Positions 9,593 through 19,335 are shown, counted from the stretch's first letter. The stretch is 64,000 bases of DNA from Candidatus Omnitrophota bacterium (GCA_043808095.1 JAZDFF010000031.1:101073-165072); one strand, 5' to 3'. Program-made: numbers and translations. The notes: a model not told the origin generated them from the sequence alone.

Positions 9593-10132
9593 TTATTTAA
9601 GAGACAGGCTAAAGCTCTCACCTTTAAATAAAAGTATTACCTCATGCGGAAAAATTTCAACAATTTCTGCATCTTGAATTTTATTACCCTTCTTTAATAC
9701 CTGATCATCAATAACTGCCCAGCTATCCGTTTCGGAAGAAAATACCCCTTGAAGGACCAGGGGGGGGAATTTTGAATTTGCCACCGCGTTATTTGACTTT
9801 ATCATTTTGGTTAAAGATGCAGTTATTGATTTGGAAAACGAACTGGGTTTTGCAGTCGTTGAGGCATTGGTCTTTGACTGGACCGGATTCTCAAATTTTG
9901 AGGCAATTTTATCAACTAAACCAGTTTGTTTAACGAGTTCTTTCAAGTTAGGATTAAAATATACTAAAGACCCGGTACTCAAAACCAAAATAACGAGTAT
10001 TAAAAATGGATTAAATTTAATCCTTGCTTTTGGTTTTTTATCTTCCGTCTTTTCCTTTTGAGGATCGCCTGGTTTTATATTTGGAGAAACTTCTCCCTGG
10101 ATTTTTTTTAATGCATCATAAATAATGCTCAT
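9593..10132 (-). CDS. GspB/ExeB-like partner protein of ExeA (membrane-anchored)
   Basis: Overlaps exeA-like gene by 4 nt (ATGA). Single TM helix, and a GspB-like C-terminal tail. Confidence 0.45.
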   Translation of the reverse strand: MSIIYDALKKIQGEVSPNIKPGDPQKEKTEDKKPKARIKFNPFLILVILVLSTGSLVYFNPNLKELVKQTGLVDKIASKFENPVQSKTNASTTAKPSSFSKSITASLTKMIKSNNAVANSKFPPLVLQGVFSSETDSWAVIDDQVLKKGNKIQDAEIVEIFPHEVILLFKGESFSLSLK

Positions 10133-10929
10133 TCCAATTCCTCAATACACTTTTCGACTATCTCAGGAGAGATTTCTTTTGCCTCTTTGACAAAACAAGC
10201 CAGAAGCGCTCGGTCACACAGCATGTTGATTAAACGAGGTACGCCTTTCGAAAAACTAAAAATTGCATCAAATGATTCGGATAAAAATTTAAGCGTGCCG
10301 TTTGCGCCTGCAATTTTTAGGCGGTGGTTAATATAAGTCTCCAATTCATCTCTATCAAGGGGCAATATATGATAACGCACGCTTATTCTTTGTGCGATTT
10401 GTCTTAATTGCGGAAGTTTTAATTTTCCATGTAATTCAGGCTGGCCAACAAGGATTATTTGAAGCAGTTTTTCTTTTTCGGTCTCAAGATTGGAGAGGAG
10501 GCGGATTTGTTCTAATTGATTGGGTTTTAAATTCTGGGCTTCATCAATGATTAAAACAATGTTTCTTCCGGCTTTGGACTCTTCCAATAAAAAAATATTT
10601 AAGGCCTGCACTAAACCTAGGCGGGATTTGGTTTTTGTTGCTATGCCGAAATCTTCCACAACTGCTTGCAGGAATTGAACTTCAGAAAAATTAGGGTTTA
10701 AGATAAAGGCGGTTTTTGTCTTTTTGTCGAGATGGTTTAATAGAGTGCGGCAGAGAGTAGTTTTCCCAGTTCCGATTTCCCCTGTAATCTCGATAATGCC
10801 TTTGCGTTCACTTATTCCATAGACGAGAAAGGAGAAGGCCTCGCGGTGCCTGCGACTTAGGTAGAAAAAACTAGGATCCGAGGTAACATTAAAGGGTTTT
10901 TCGCGTAATCCGAAGAATTTTTCATACAT
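10129..10929 (-). CDS. ExeA/GspA-like AAA ATPase (general secretion pathway protein A family)
   Basis: N-terminal MYEKFFGLREKPF, Walker A GEIGTGKTT, and Walker B LIIDEAQNL. Confidence 0.8.
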   Translation of the reverse strand: MYEKFFGLREKPFNVTSDPSFFYLSRRHREAFSFLVYGISERKGIIEITGEIGTGKTTLCRTLLNHLDKKTKTAFILNPNFSEVQFLQAVVEDFGIATKTKSRLGLVQALNIFLLEESKAGRNIVLIIDEAQNLKPNQLEQIRLLSNLETEKEKLLQIILVGQPELHGKLKLPQLRQIAQRISVRYHILPLDRDELETYINHRLKIAGANGTLKFLSESFDAIFSFSKGVPRLINMLCDRALLACFVKEAKEISPEIVEKCIEELE

Positions 10930-10975
10930 TTGTTTTGATTATATCATAAACTCCCAAAATGTAAAGTTAAAAAAA

Positions 10976-11004
10976 TTGACACTATTTTTGATATATGCTA
11001 TAAT
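10976..11004 (+). promoter_or_regulatory. consensus sigma-70 promoter TTGACA-17-TATAAT driving the first PilZ gene (near-leaderless: ATG 10 nt after -10)
   Basis: Exact TTGACA at 10976..10981, a 17-nt spacer, and exact TATAAT at 10999..11004. The start codon is at 11014. Confidence 0.55.
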
Positions 11005-11013
11005 CCTAACGAA

Positions 11014-11367
11014 ATGAGCGCAAACGAATTTGGAGAAAAAAGGCGATACCAACGTCTTAAAATCAAGGTACCCATCAGTTACTATATTAAGTCCAACAAG
11101 ACTTACGGCGCTGCCCTGACATCTGATTTTAGCCTAGGAGGGCTTAAATTCGCCTCCGACGAATTCATACCTGCGCAAACCGAGTTTATTATCGATATGT
11201 TTTTGGCTGAATTAACTAAAAGCTTGAATGTTACGGGAAAAGTCGTGTGGTCGCAGAGATTTCCTTATTCTAACCGGTATTATTCTGGTGTAAAGTTTAC
11301 GGAAATCTCCCCAGAAAACAAGAATTGCATTTCTGAATACGTATCAAACCATCGATATTTACTCTAA
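11014..11367 (+). CDS. PilZ-domain protein (c-di-GMP receptor)
   Basis: RRYQRLKIK (RxxxR) and DFSLGGLKF (DxSxGG) motifs. Confidence 0.7.
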   Translation: MSANEFGEKRRYQRLKIKVPISYYIKSNKTYGAALTSDFSLGGLKFASDEFIPAQTEFIIDMFLAELTKSLNVTGKVVWSQRFPYSNRYYSGVKFTEISPENKNCISEYVSNHRYLL

Positions 11368-11407
11368 AATATCTTCGTTTTTAATCAATAATCCTTAAGG
11401 AGGCGCA

Positions 11408-11551
11408 ATGGCAGAACAGCAACAGGTTAAACTTAAGAATATAAACTGCAAAGGTTGTAATAAGGCAATAAAAAGAAGAAAAGCATATTATCGAAATGGA
11501 AATTATTACTGCAATAAAAAATGCTTTAAGACCAAAAAAGAGAAGAAATAA
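11408..11551 (+). CDS. 47-aa zinc-ribbon protein (CxxC…CxxxC), not in ORF track
   Basis: Strong SD AAGGAGG 6 nt upstream of ATG. MAEQQQVKLKNINCKGCNKAIKRRKAYYRNGNYYCNKKCFKTKKEKK. The stop overlaps the next start as TAATG. Confidence 0.5.
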   Translation: MAEQQQVKLKNINCKGCNKAIKRRKAYYRNGNYYCNKKCFKTKKEKK

Positions 11552-11946
11552 TGACGCAGAATTTTAAAGAGAAAAGAAGACACCCCAGGATAGAAAAAAA
11601 CGTCCCTCTAAAAATTAAAGACGAGCAGTTTGATATTATAACCGAAACTAAAAACATCAGCTGCTCTGGAGCATATTGCCAGGTTAATAAGTTCTTACCC
11701 GCCATGACAAAAGTAAGGGTAACTCTACTACTGCCTTTGTTATCGGTTAATAACAAGATTATTACCAAAAAGATTAGATGTAAAGGCATAGTGGTACGCT
11801 CTGAACCAGATAAGCCGGTATTGGTTAATGAAAAATACAGCATAGCTATATTTTTCAATGACATATCTGCGAAGGATATGGCTAATATCGCCGAATATGT
11901 AAATTTTCACATTGATAAAACACGCTCAAGGATTACGGCAGGATGA
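11551..11946 (+). CDS. PilZ-domain protein (second copy)
   Basis: RRHPRIEKNVPLKI and NISCSGAYC motifs. Confidence 0.65.
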   Translation: MTQNFKEKRRHPRIEKNVPLKIKDEQFDIITETKNISCSGAYCQVNKFLPAMTKVRVTLLLPLLSVNNKIITKKIRCKGIVVRSEPDKPVLVNEKYSIAIFFNDISAKDMANIAEYVNFHIDKTRSRITAG

Positions 11947-12638
11947 AAAAGTCGGCGGTAACTATTGTCCTATTTTTTAGCATCATATCAGGCATCCCCA
12001 TAATTTCTAGCGCAATGTCCACCGAGATACTCCTTCCTAAGTCAGACACAAAAATAAACGTTTCTTTGCTTGAGGCGCTTCAAAAAAGAAGTTCTTGCCG
12101 AAGATTTAAAAACCAGCCTTTAAACAAGGCTCAAATTTCACAGATCCTCTGGGCAGCAGGGGGCCAAAAACCAGATAATAGTTTGCCAGAGAAGACTAAC
12201 CGCACTATACCTTCTGCCGGGGCAATTTATCCCCTGGAAATATTCATCTTGATCGGAGAAAACTCTGTCCCGGGGATAAAGGCCGGTCTTTATCAATACA
12301 ATGTATCAAAACACAGCCTCATTATCCGTTTGGCTCAAGATTTAAGAAAAGAGTTGGTGCAGGCGTCTTTAAATCAGATGTTCATAAAAGATGCACCTAT
12401 TTCAATAATTATCTCGGCGCAATATAATCGAACTACATCCCGTTACGGAGAAAGAGGGACCCGCTATGTACACATGGAAGCGGGACATTCCTGTCAGAAC
12501 ATATACCTCATAGTTGAAAATTTGGGACTAAAGACTGTTGAAGTTGGTGCATTTAGCAACGAAAAGGTAAAGAAGGTGCTTCAGCTTTCTGACAATTTAG
12601 AGCCACTTGCCATTATGCCTGTCGGTTATTCGGATTAA
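11943..12638 (+). CDS. SagB-type dehydrogenase / nitroreductase-family protein with N-terminal signal/anchor
   Basis: SCRRF…AGAIYPLEIF…GTRYVHMEAGHSCQNIYL blocks of the SagB/ThcOx nitroreductase superfamily. Confidence 0.6.
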   Translation: MKKSAVTIVLFFSIISGIPIISSAMSTEILLPKSDTKINVSLLEALQKRSSCRRFKNQPLNKAQISQILWAAGGQKPDNSLPEKTNRTIPSAGAIYPLEIFILIGENSVPGIKAGLYQYNVSKHSLIIRLAQDLRKELVQASLNQMFIKDAPISIIISAQYNRTTSRYGERGTRYVHMEAGHSCQNIYLIVENLGLKTVEVGAFSNEKVKKVLQLSDNLEPLAIMPVGYSD

Positions 12639-12664
12639 ATTTCTTTCCCCGATTCTAAACATAA

Positions 12665-13192
12665 ATGAAAAAAATAGTATTGGCTTATGCGCAAAAATTG
12701 GTTATCGGACTAATTTTTGCGCAAGATGATTTAGTCTCTGACGTCAAAAAAGATCTGATAGCTAAATTCGGTATGGCAGATTTTGAGAGCGATGATTTAG
12801 TATTTAACTACACGGATTATTATGCTGATGAATTTGGCAACAATCTTAAACGCAAATTCATTAGTTTTAAAAATTTAATAAATCCCCAAAGACTTAAGGA
12901 TATTAAACGCTGGACAATAAAATTAGAACAAAGGTATTCAAAAAATAAGAAACGGAGGGTCAATATTGACCCGGGATACCTTACTCTCTGGAATTTTGTT
13001 CTTTCTACGACTAAGGATTATTATCACCGAATCTATCTAGGAAAAGGAATATTTGGCGAGGTAACATTATGTTTTCAGAATCAATCCTTCCGGGAATTTG
13101 AGTGGACCTATCCCGATTACAAAAGCAAGGCCTATATCGAAATATTTAATAAAATCAGGGGTATTCTGTCGGTTCAATTAAAAGAAAAATGA
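12665..13192 (+). CDS. hypothetical protein (DUF4416-like)
   Basis: 175-aa ORF in operon context. The family assignment is tentative and from memory. Confidence 0.35.
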   Translation: MKKIVLAYAQKLVIGLIFAQDDLVSDVKKDLIAKFGMADFESDDLVFNYTDYYADEFGNNLKRKFISFKNLINPQRLKDIKRWTIKLEQRYSKNKKRRVNIDPGYLTLWNFVLSTTKDYYHRIYLGKGIFGEVTLCFQNQSFREFEWTYPDYKSKAYIEIFNKIRGILSVQLKEK

Positions 13193-13419
13193 GATTCCGG
13201 ATAATTATACTCCGCGGCCTGCCCCGCTCACAGTCTTACACAAAATCAGTGGCGGGATCCCGCCTAAAGCAATACGACAAATGGGCGGGAAAAACCGCGC
13301 CCTTTGGTTCGACTGCGCTCACTATCCCTCTAACCATCCCGAGCGAAGCCAAGGGACAGGCGCGGATAAGATGTGGCCGCTTGAGTATTCCGCCTTTGGA
13401 ACCCCAGGTTTTAATCCGG

Positions 13420-14355
13420 GTGGGCTTCATTATTCTAGGCATTTTGATGGTTAGCGGCTGCGCTACCATCTATAATCCTGCAACAGAAAGAAAGGAATGG
13501 GTCTTTATTGATACAAAGCAAGAGGTATCTATCGGCAAATATATCAGTAATCAGGTTAAAAATGAATTTAAGTTTTCTGATGATAAAGAGGCCACTAAAA
13601 GGGTAGAAGGCATAGGTAAAATAGTAGCCGCCTCCTGCGATAGAAAAGATCTCGATTACCATTTTAACGTGGTTAAGGACAAAGAGCTGAATGCATTTGC
13701 CATACCCGGAGGTTACGTCTATGTCCATAGCGGATTAGTTGAGGCCGCAACCGACTCGGAACTCGCCTGTGTCTTGGGGCACGAGATTGGGCATATCGCA
13801 GCAAGACACCCCGTTAAAAAACTTGAAACAGGACTTGGCTACCAAATCGCCATGAGTTTACTATTAGGCCGGTCAAGCCAAGCTGAGATTGCGCGCGGCA
13901 TAGATATTATGTTTAATCTTATATCACTGGGTTATAGCAGAAGCGACGAAAAATTGGCAGATAAGCTTGGAGTTAAATATGCATATAAATCCGGATTTGA
14001 GCCGAATGGAATGATTAGTTTCTTGGGAAAACTCCAGAAGGAAGTAGATAAACGCGGACCCCAACTAAACATCGAATTTTTAAGGTCGCATCCTAATTTA
14101 GCAGAGAGGATTAATTTAATAAGGGAAGAAATCGATTCTCTTGAAAATGCCTCTAGCTCTTTGGATATTTCTACTTTAACGCCAAAACAAGGCGATAAGG
14201 CAACGGCGGGAGAAAAAAATATCACTCCGAGATCTAATTATTCCGAACAAAGCGACGTTGCCTTAAAACCAAAATTCTGCCGGCTCTGCAAAACTCAATA
14301 CCCCGAAAGATTCAAATTTTGCCCCAAGCACGGCATTCTTCTTACCCCTCAATAG
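13420..14355 (+). CDS. M48-family zinc metallopeptidase lipoprotein with C-terminal zinc ribbon
   Basis: HEIGH (LGHEIGHIAARH) motif. GTG start at 13420 gives lipoprotein signal …LMVSGC. The ORF-track N-terminal extension (13189..13419) is a GC-rich repeat island and unlikely to be coding. The C-terminus carries CRLCKTQY…FCPKHG. Confidence 0.65.
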   Translation: MGFIILGILMVSGCATIYNPATERKEWVFIDTKQEVSIGKYISNQVKNEFKFSDDKEATKRVEGIGKIVAASCDRKDLDYHFNVVKDKELNAFAIPGGYVYVHSGLVEAATDSELACVLGHEIGHIAARHPVKKLETGLGYQIAMSLLLGRSSQAEIARGIDIMFNLISLGYSRSDEKLADKLGVKYAYKSGFEPNGMISFLGKLQKEVDKRGPQLNIEFLRSHPNLAERINLIREEIDSLENASSSLDISTLTPKQGDKATAGEKNITPRSNYSEQSDVALKPKFCRLCKTQYPERFKFCPKHGILLTPQ

Positions 14356-14356
14356 A

Positions 14357-15316
14357 ATGAAACCTGCCTCCTATATCAAGCTATACAAAAGCGGTGAGCT
14401 TAAAAAAAGGATCAATTGTTTATTCAAAAAACTGGAATCATGCAATCTCTGCCCAAGAAATTGCCAGGTAAATCGTCTTAAAGGTCAAAAGGGACTTTGC
14501 CGTACGGCAATGGATGTCAGGGTTTTTAATTACATGGCCCACCTGGGAGAAGAACCGCCTGTCTCCGGAAAAAATGGGTCAGGCGCAATATTCTTTTCAG
14601 GCTGCCCTTTAAGATGCGTCTATTGTCAGAATTACAGGTTCAGCCAGTTACTGCAGGGAAGGACGGTCAAGGCTGACTCTTTAGCTAGGTTTATGCTTAA
14701 ATTACAGGAACAAGGCTGCCATAATATCAACCTGGTTAGCCCGACCCACGTGCTTTATCAAATATTAGAAGCGCTCCAACTGGCAATCGAAGGCGGTTTG
14801 ACTATACCTCTTGTTTACAATACCAGCGGTTATGAATCTCGAGAGACATTAGAATTGCTTAACGAAATAGTGGACGTGTATCTTGCCGATATGCGATATG
14901 GAGATAACGAAAAGGCTGCCAGGTATTCCGGAGTATCGGATTACGTAGAAATTAACCGGATAGCATTAAAAGAGATGTACCGGCAGGTGGGGAATGTGGA
15001 ATTAGATGACTCACAAATCATCGAGCGCGGACTTATTATCAGGCACCTTGTTATGCCGAATGATGTCTCAAATACCGAAAATGTCCTATCATTTATTGCT
15101 AAAGAAATATCTAAAGACGCCTTTATAAGCTTGATGAGTCAATATCTGCCTTGCTACAGGGCAAAAGAATTTAGCCAATTAAATAGAAAAATTACTTCCG
15201 GGGAATACGAAAAGGCAAAAAATTTACTTAACGGGTTTGGACTTTATAACGGTTGGTTCCAGGAGGATTATGGCAAAGAGTCATTAGCAGGCATAAACAT
15301 AGAGCCAAATGCCTGA
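14357..15316 (+). CDS. radical SAM protein (PflA-like activase family)
   Basis: CPLRCVYCQN (Cx3Cx2C), an additional CxxC pair near the N-terminus, and a 319-aa size. Confidence 0.65.
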   Translation: MKPASYIKLYKSGELKKRINCLFKKLESCNLCPRNCQVNRLKGQKGLCRTAMDVRVFNYMAHLGEEPPVSGKNGSGAIFFSGCPLRCVYCQNYRFSQLLQGRTVKADSLARFMLKLQEQGCHNINLVSPTHVLYQILEALQLAIEGGLTIPLVYNTSGYESRETLELLNEIVDVYLADMRYGDNEKAARYSGVSDYVEINRIALKEMYRQVGNVELDDSQIIERGLIIRHLVMPNDVSNTENVLSFIAKEISKDAFISLMSQYLPCYRAKEFSQLNRKITSGEYEKAKNLLNGFGLYNGWFQEDYGKESLAGINIEPNA

Positions 15317-15329
15317 AAATATTCTTAAT

Positions 15330-15358
15330 TTGACAAATCAATCCCATTATGTTAGTAT
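15330..15358 (+). promoter_or_regulatory. sigma-70-like promoter TTGACA-17-TAGTAT upstream of NIL-domain gene
   Basis: TTGACA at 15330..15335, a 17-nt spacer, and TAGTAT at 15353..15358. Confidence 0.4.
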
Positions 15359-15377
15359 GAGCTCGGGGTTATAAGAA

Positions 15378-15605
15378 ATGAAAATTAAGGCAGAATTTAC
15401 TTTTCCCGGGGAATTAAAAAATGAGCCCATCATACACTACATAAGTACGAAGTTTAAGATAGTCCCAATCATTGTAGAGGCCTCATTTTCTACCGATGTT
15501 GGGTGGGCATATTTGATTTTAGACGGAGAAAAAGAAGAGCTGCAAAGATTATTTGATTACTTAAAAAATAAAAATATAAAGACAGAACGAATAGAAGAGA
15601 TATAA
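15378..15605 (+). CDS. stand-alone NIL-domain protein
   Basis: 75-aa protein with a MetN-C-terminal-like NIL fold pattern. Such proteins are often adjacent to Fe-S/radical SAM enzymes. Confidence 0.45.
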   Translation: MKIKAEFTFPGELKNEPIIHYISTKFKIVPIIVEASFSTDVGWAYLILDGEKEELQRLFDYLKNKNIKTERIEEI

Positions 15606-15724
15606 TATTTAATTGGATAAATCAGTTTCTGTTTTATTCAAAAATAAAATATTCAAGCCTACCATCGGTCCATTCTTTAACAGCCCGCTTAAATTTCGGC
15701 AAAAAATTAAAAATATAAAAAACT

Positions 15725-17557
15725 ATGAAGATATCTCATAGGATGTTGGCCCTTTACATCTTTATTGCATTTTTGGCTATAATTGCTTGGTTTAAGTTTG
15801 CATATCCCCAGCTTGCATTTATAGATTTATCTATTGATAAAAAAGATGCATTTACAAAAGCGGGCGACTATCTTACCGGAAAAGGAATAGACATTACTAG
15901 ATATAGAAAGGCCATAGTCTTAGAAATGGACTATTGGGCCGATAGATATTTGCAGAAGGTAATCGGTTTTAAAAAAGAGGAGGAGTTTCTTAAAAAATAC
16001 AGCTATGACTTATTTTATTGGTCAGTAAGGTTTTTTATAGAAAACCAAAAGGAAGAATACATTGTTAAGGTTAGTTCTAAGTCGGGAGAGGTTATATCTT
16101 TCTCGCACTTTATTGAAGATACAGAAAAACGCGCAACCCCGAATAAAGAAGCCTCGAGACTGATGGCAGAAAATTTCTTAAAACAAAATTTTGGAGTAAA
16201 TTTTTTAGAATATGATATTCATGAGGAGCAGGTAAAGAATTTTGACAATCGCACAGACTACCCTTTTGATTGGCAAAGGAAAGACGTAGCTATACCTTCA
16301 AATAGCGATCCTTCTGGCGGCATGGCAAAATTACTTACAGGAGCTACTGTTTCAGGAGGAGAAATCCGGCTATTCTTTAAAAATAGGCTGGATATTCCCG
16401 AGAAATTCAAAAGACATGTCCAAAGGCAAATTGCACTTGGAAATTTATTAAGCAGGATTTCTTTTCTCTGGTTGTTTTCCTGGATCGTCTTGGCGATAGT
16501 AAAAATTATTAACAGAAAAAATGATTTATTGATAAAAAGATCCTGGCGTTTCTATTTAACTATAGGAATAATACTTTTTACATTACAGATATCACACTCT
16601 TTTAATGAGCTAAACCAAATATTATTCCAATATCCAACAAGTTCAATATTAACTTCGTATCTTATAAACGTATCTCTTGCGCTTGTTATTAGTGCCATAT
16701 CTTTAAGCCTTTTTGTAGTAATAATCGGCACTTCTTCAGAGTTATTTCGCTATGAGGTCTATCCTGCTAAAAAAACAATCTCATTTATCCATTATATAAA
16801 TTCGAGCTTCTTCAGTAAACAAGTCTCGGGAGCTATCTTATTCGGGTATCTTTTATTTCTTATATTTCTGGGGCTTCAGGCATTATTATTTCACCTTGGG
16901 CAGAAATTTTTAGGTGTCTGGGTAGATAAGGTGAGGATATCCGGTCTTTCGAGTAGTTATCTACCTTTTTTAAGCGCCTTTATAATTGGAGTACAAGCCA
17001 GTTTCAGCGAAGAGATTGTCTATAGAATCTTTGGCATAAATTGGCTAAAGAAATACATCAAAAACGCCTTCTTGGCCGTCTTGATTGCCGCCTTAGTCTG
17101 GGGATTTGGCCACAGTAACTATACTGTCTTTCCTGTTTGGTTTAGAGGCATAGAGGTGGGTATTTTGGGAATATTTTATGGGCTAATTTTCTTAAGGTAC
17201 GGTATTATTCCTTTGATTGTTGCCCATTATCTTTTCGACGTATACTGGGAATCGTCTGCCTTCATCTTGGGCCACTCTAACTTTCTTTTATTTACAAGCT
17301 CCCTGATCTTACTTATTCTGCCGGCAATATTTTCACTAATCGCTTTCTTAAGGAATAAACCTGATCAAGAGAATGAGATAGAACTACTTTTAAATACGCA
17401 TCAAAGGTATAATCTAGAAATTTTAGTGGATTTCCTTTTAAAGAAGAGGGACCAAGGACAGGCATTTGAAAAGATAAAAGACGAGCTAATATCTTGCGGT
17501 TGGGATCAGATGCTTGTCGAATTAGCCATAAATAAGATTGCCAAGAATGAATATTAA
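15725..17557 (+). CDS. CPBP-family (CAAX protease/Abi-like) intramembrane metalloprotease with large N-terminal extracytoplasmic domain
   Basis: Multi-TM protein. Motif 1 SEEIVYR (EExxxR), and motif 2/3 region …VWGFGHSNY…HYLFD. Confidence 0.65.
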   Translation: MKISHRMLALYIFIAFLAIIAWFKFAYPQLAFIDLSIDKKDAFTKAGDYLTGKGIDITRYRKAIVLEMDYWADRYLQKVIGFKKEEEFLKKYSYDLFYWSVRFFIENQKEEYIVKVSSKSGEVISFSHFIEDTEKRATPNKEASRLMAENFLKQNFGVNFLEYDIHEEQVKNFDNRTDYPFDWQRKDVAIPSNSDPSGGMAKLLTGATVSGGEIRLFFKNRLDIPEKFKRHVQRQIALGNLLSRISFLWLFSWIVLAIVKIINRKNDLLIKRSWRFYLTIGIILFTLQISHSFNELNQILFQYPTSSILTSYLINVSLALVISAISLSLFVVIIGTSSELFRYEVYPAKKTISFIHYINSSFFSKQVSGAILFGYLLFLIFLGLQALLFHLGQKFLGVWVDKVRISGLSSSYLPFLSAFIIGVQASFSEEIVYRIFGINWLKKYIKNAFLAVLIAALVWGFGHSNYTVFPVWFRGIEVGILGIFYGLIFLRYGIIPLIVAHYLFDVYWESSAFILGHSNFLLFTSSLILLILPAIFSLIAFLRNKPDQENEIELLLNTHQRYNLEILVDFLLKKRDQGQAFEKIKDELISCGWDQMLVELAINKIAKNEY

Positions 17558-18659
17558 GAAATTGATTTTAAAGACGTCTATAGTAACCATATTATTGTTG
17601 GCGCTTTTATTAGTCTTAAGCCCGTTGATTGCCTTATTTCTTTCCCCCAAACTGAGCAAACATGTTTATCAGGAACTTTCTTTTCGGGTAATCTCTGGAA
17701 ATGAATTACAAAATCCAAGCTCAAATGAGGTATTAATACAGAAAGCCATTGATTATACCAGGACTAATCTCTGGGCAGTTACGGATATTCCTCCTTATGA
17801 GGGTACGCCATTCGATTGTTTAACCATAGGGATAGGCTGGTGCGACTATCACGCCAGGGTATTTTGCAGGTTACTTAGTATTAAGGGGATACATGCCCGG
17901 TATGATTTTCTTATGGACAAAGATGGGGTTTCTCCTCATACAATAGCAGAGGTATATCTAAAAGGCCGATGGCGTGCCATTGATCCATATTTTAGCCTGA
18001 TTTATTATAAGGATGGTAAAGAATGGGCAAGATTAGAAGAGGTGACTCCCCAGTTAATTTCAAAATTACCCAGGGTTTCAATAATGATGCAGGATAAGGA
18101 TGCTTATAATAACTTTATGGATTTTACGGCAAGGATATTTCCTCTACCGCGCGCTCCTACGCGTTCCGACGATTTTGTGAAAGATAGGCATATCTTTGAT
18201 TTTATGGCAGACGCATATGTTAATGTATTTGGTTTAAATTTTGCCTATTGGTATCAGGATATATTTCTCAAACGCCAAATTCACGAAATAAAAGTTCCTG
18301 TGGAACGCCTTTGGTATGAGGCAAGAAACTATGACCTTTATCAAAGAACGCAAAAGGCAGAAGTTCTTTATAGAGAAATAATCGTCAATTATTCTGACAG
18401 TAATTATTATGATAAAACCGCATTTTTCTTAAGCCTGCTTCTAATGCGGCAGGAAAGATATGAAGAGGCAAGAGAGGTTTTAAATAAACTATTAATAAAA
18501 AAGTCCCATACTGCCTGGCGAGATTATGCGAATTTTTATTTGGCATTATGTTATGAAAAGCTGGGTAATTTCCGCAACGCTATTTATTACTATAAACTAG
18601 CCAGGGAGATAAAAATTTATAGTGATTGCCTTGATCATCTAAGGCAATTGTCCGGTTAA
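17538..18659 (+). CDS. transglutaminase-like cysteine protease domain protein with C-terminal TPR repeats
   Basis: N-terminal TM helix. IGWCDYHARVF…AIDPY is a Cys-His-Asp transglutaminase-core pattern. TPR-like helical repeats at the C-terminus. 20-nt overlap with CPBP gene. Confidence 0.55.
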   Translation: MPRMNIKKLILKTSIVTILLLALLLVLSPLIALFLSPKLSKHVYQELSFRVISGNELQNPSSNEVLIQKAIDYTRTNLWAVTDIPPYEGTPFDCLTIGIGWCDYHARVFCRLLSIKGIHARYDFLMDKDGVSPHTIAEVYLKGRWRAIDPYFSLIYYKDGKEWARLEEVTPQLISKLPRVSIMMQDKDAYNNFMDFTARIFPLPRAPTRSDDFVKDRHIFDFMADAYVNVFGLNFAYWYQDIFLKRQIHEIKVPVERLWYEARNYDLYQRTQKAEVLYREIIVNYSDSNYYDKTAFFLSLLLMRQERYEEAREVLNKLLIKKSHTAWRDYANFYLALCYEKLGNFRNAIYYYKLAREIKIYSDCLDHLRQLSG

Positions 18660-18677
18660 TATTTTTTTGACTTGACA

Positions 18678-18695
18678 ACCACACAAATGAGTGGT
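18678..18695 (+). promoter_or_regulatory. candidate LexA operator ACCACACAAATGAGTGGT in lexA promoter
   Basis: The inverted repeat occupies the 17-nt spacer between TTGACA (18672..18677) and TATTTT (18695..18700). A perfect version recurs upstream of dinB. Confidence 0.5.
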
Positions 18696-18734
18696 ATTTT
18701 AAGAAAAAGGGCGTTGGGTTTTAAAAAATAAGAT

Positions 18735-19328
18735 ATGGAAGAGCTTACTGAAAAACAGAAAAAAATATTAAATTTCATCCAGGATAAAATAAGGCTGGAG
18801 GGGATTCCGCCCACCATAAGAGAAATAGGCATCCATTTTAAATTTTCTTCAACCGGAACAGTCAGAGATTATCTAAAAATCTTAAGCAAAAAGGGATACC
18901 TAAAAATAGCGCCTCGTAAATCCAGGTCAATAGAGTTATTCAGGCGCCTTGGTTATCGTATACCAATCTTGGCTCAGGTAAAGGCTGGCGAACCAAATCT
19001 TGCTTACGAAAACTTAGAAGGATATCTTGATTTAAACGATTTTTGTTATCGAAAAGACCGGGAGGTCTTCGTTTTAAAAGTAAAGGGAGACAGCATGACT
19101 GGCGCAGGTATCTTAGAAGGAGACCTTATCTTGGTAAGAAAACAACGCATGGCAAAAACAGGAGAAATTATTGTAGCCTTATTAGAAAACAATGAAGCCA
19201 CTGTTAAAAGGTTAAAGAGTAAGGCCGGCCGAGTATATCTTGAGTCGGAAAATGCAAATTATCCACCCATCTATAAAGAATTCAACATTATCGGAAAAGT
19301 AATAGCTACAATTAGAAAATACAATTAG
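18735..19328 (+). CDS. lexA: LexA repressor (S24 peptidase)
   Basis: N-terminal wHTH (LTEKQKKILNFIQ…PTIREIG), and catalytic GDSM…K (KVKGDSMTGAGI…VKRL). Confidence 0.85.
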   Translation: MEELTEKQKKILNFIQDKIRLEGIPPTIREIGIHFKFSSTGTVRDYLKILSKKGYLKIAPRKSRSIELFRRLGYRIPILAQVKAGEPNLAYENLEGYLDLNDFCYRKDREVFVLKVKGDSMTGAGILEGDLILVRKQRMAKTGEIIVALLENNEATVKRLKSKAGRVYLESENANYPPIYKEFNIIGKVIATIRKYN

Positions 19329-19335
19329 GATTAAT

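Noticed and set aside
13189-13419. N-terminal 77 codons of the 13189..14355 ORF (MRFRIIILRGLPRSQS…)
   Set aside because: This stretch is a GC-rich repeat island (it contains the GGCGGGATCCCGCC palindrome and is Arg/Pro/Gly-rich low-complexity). A GTG at 13420 gives a clean lipoprotein signal peptide. It is treated as intergenic repeat, not coding.
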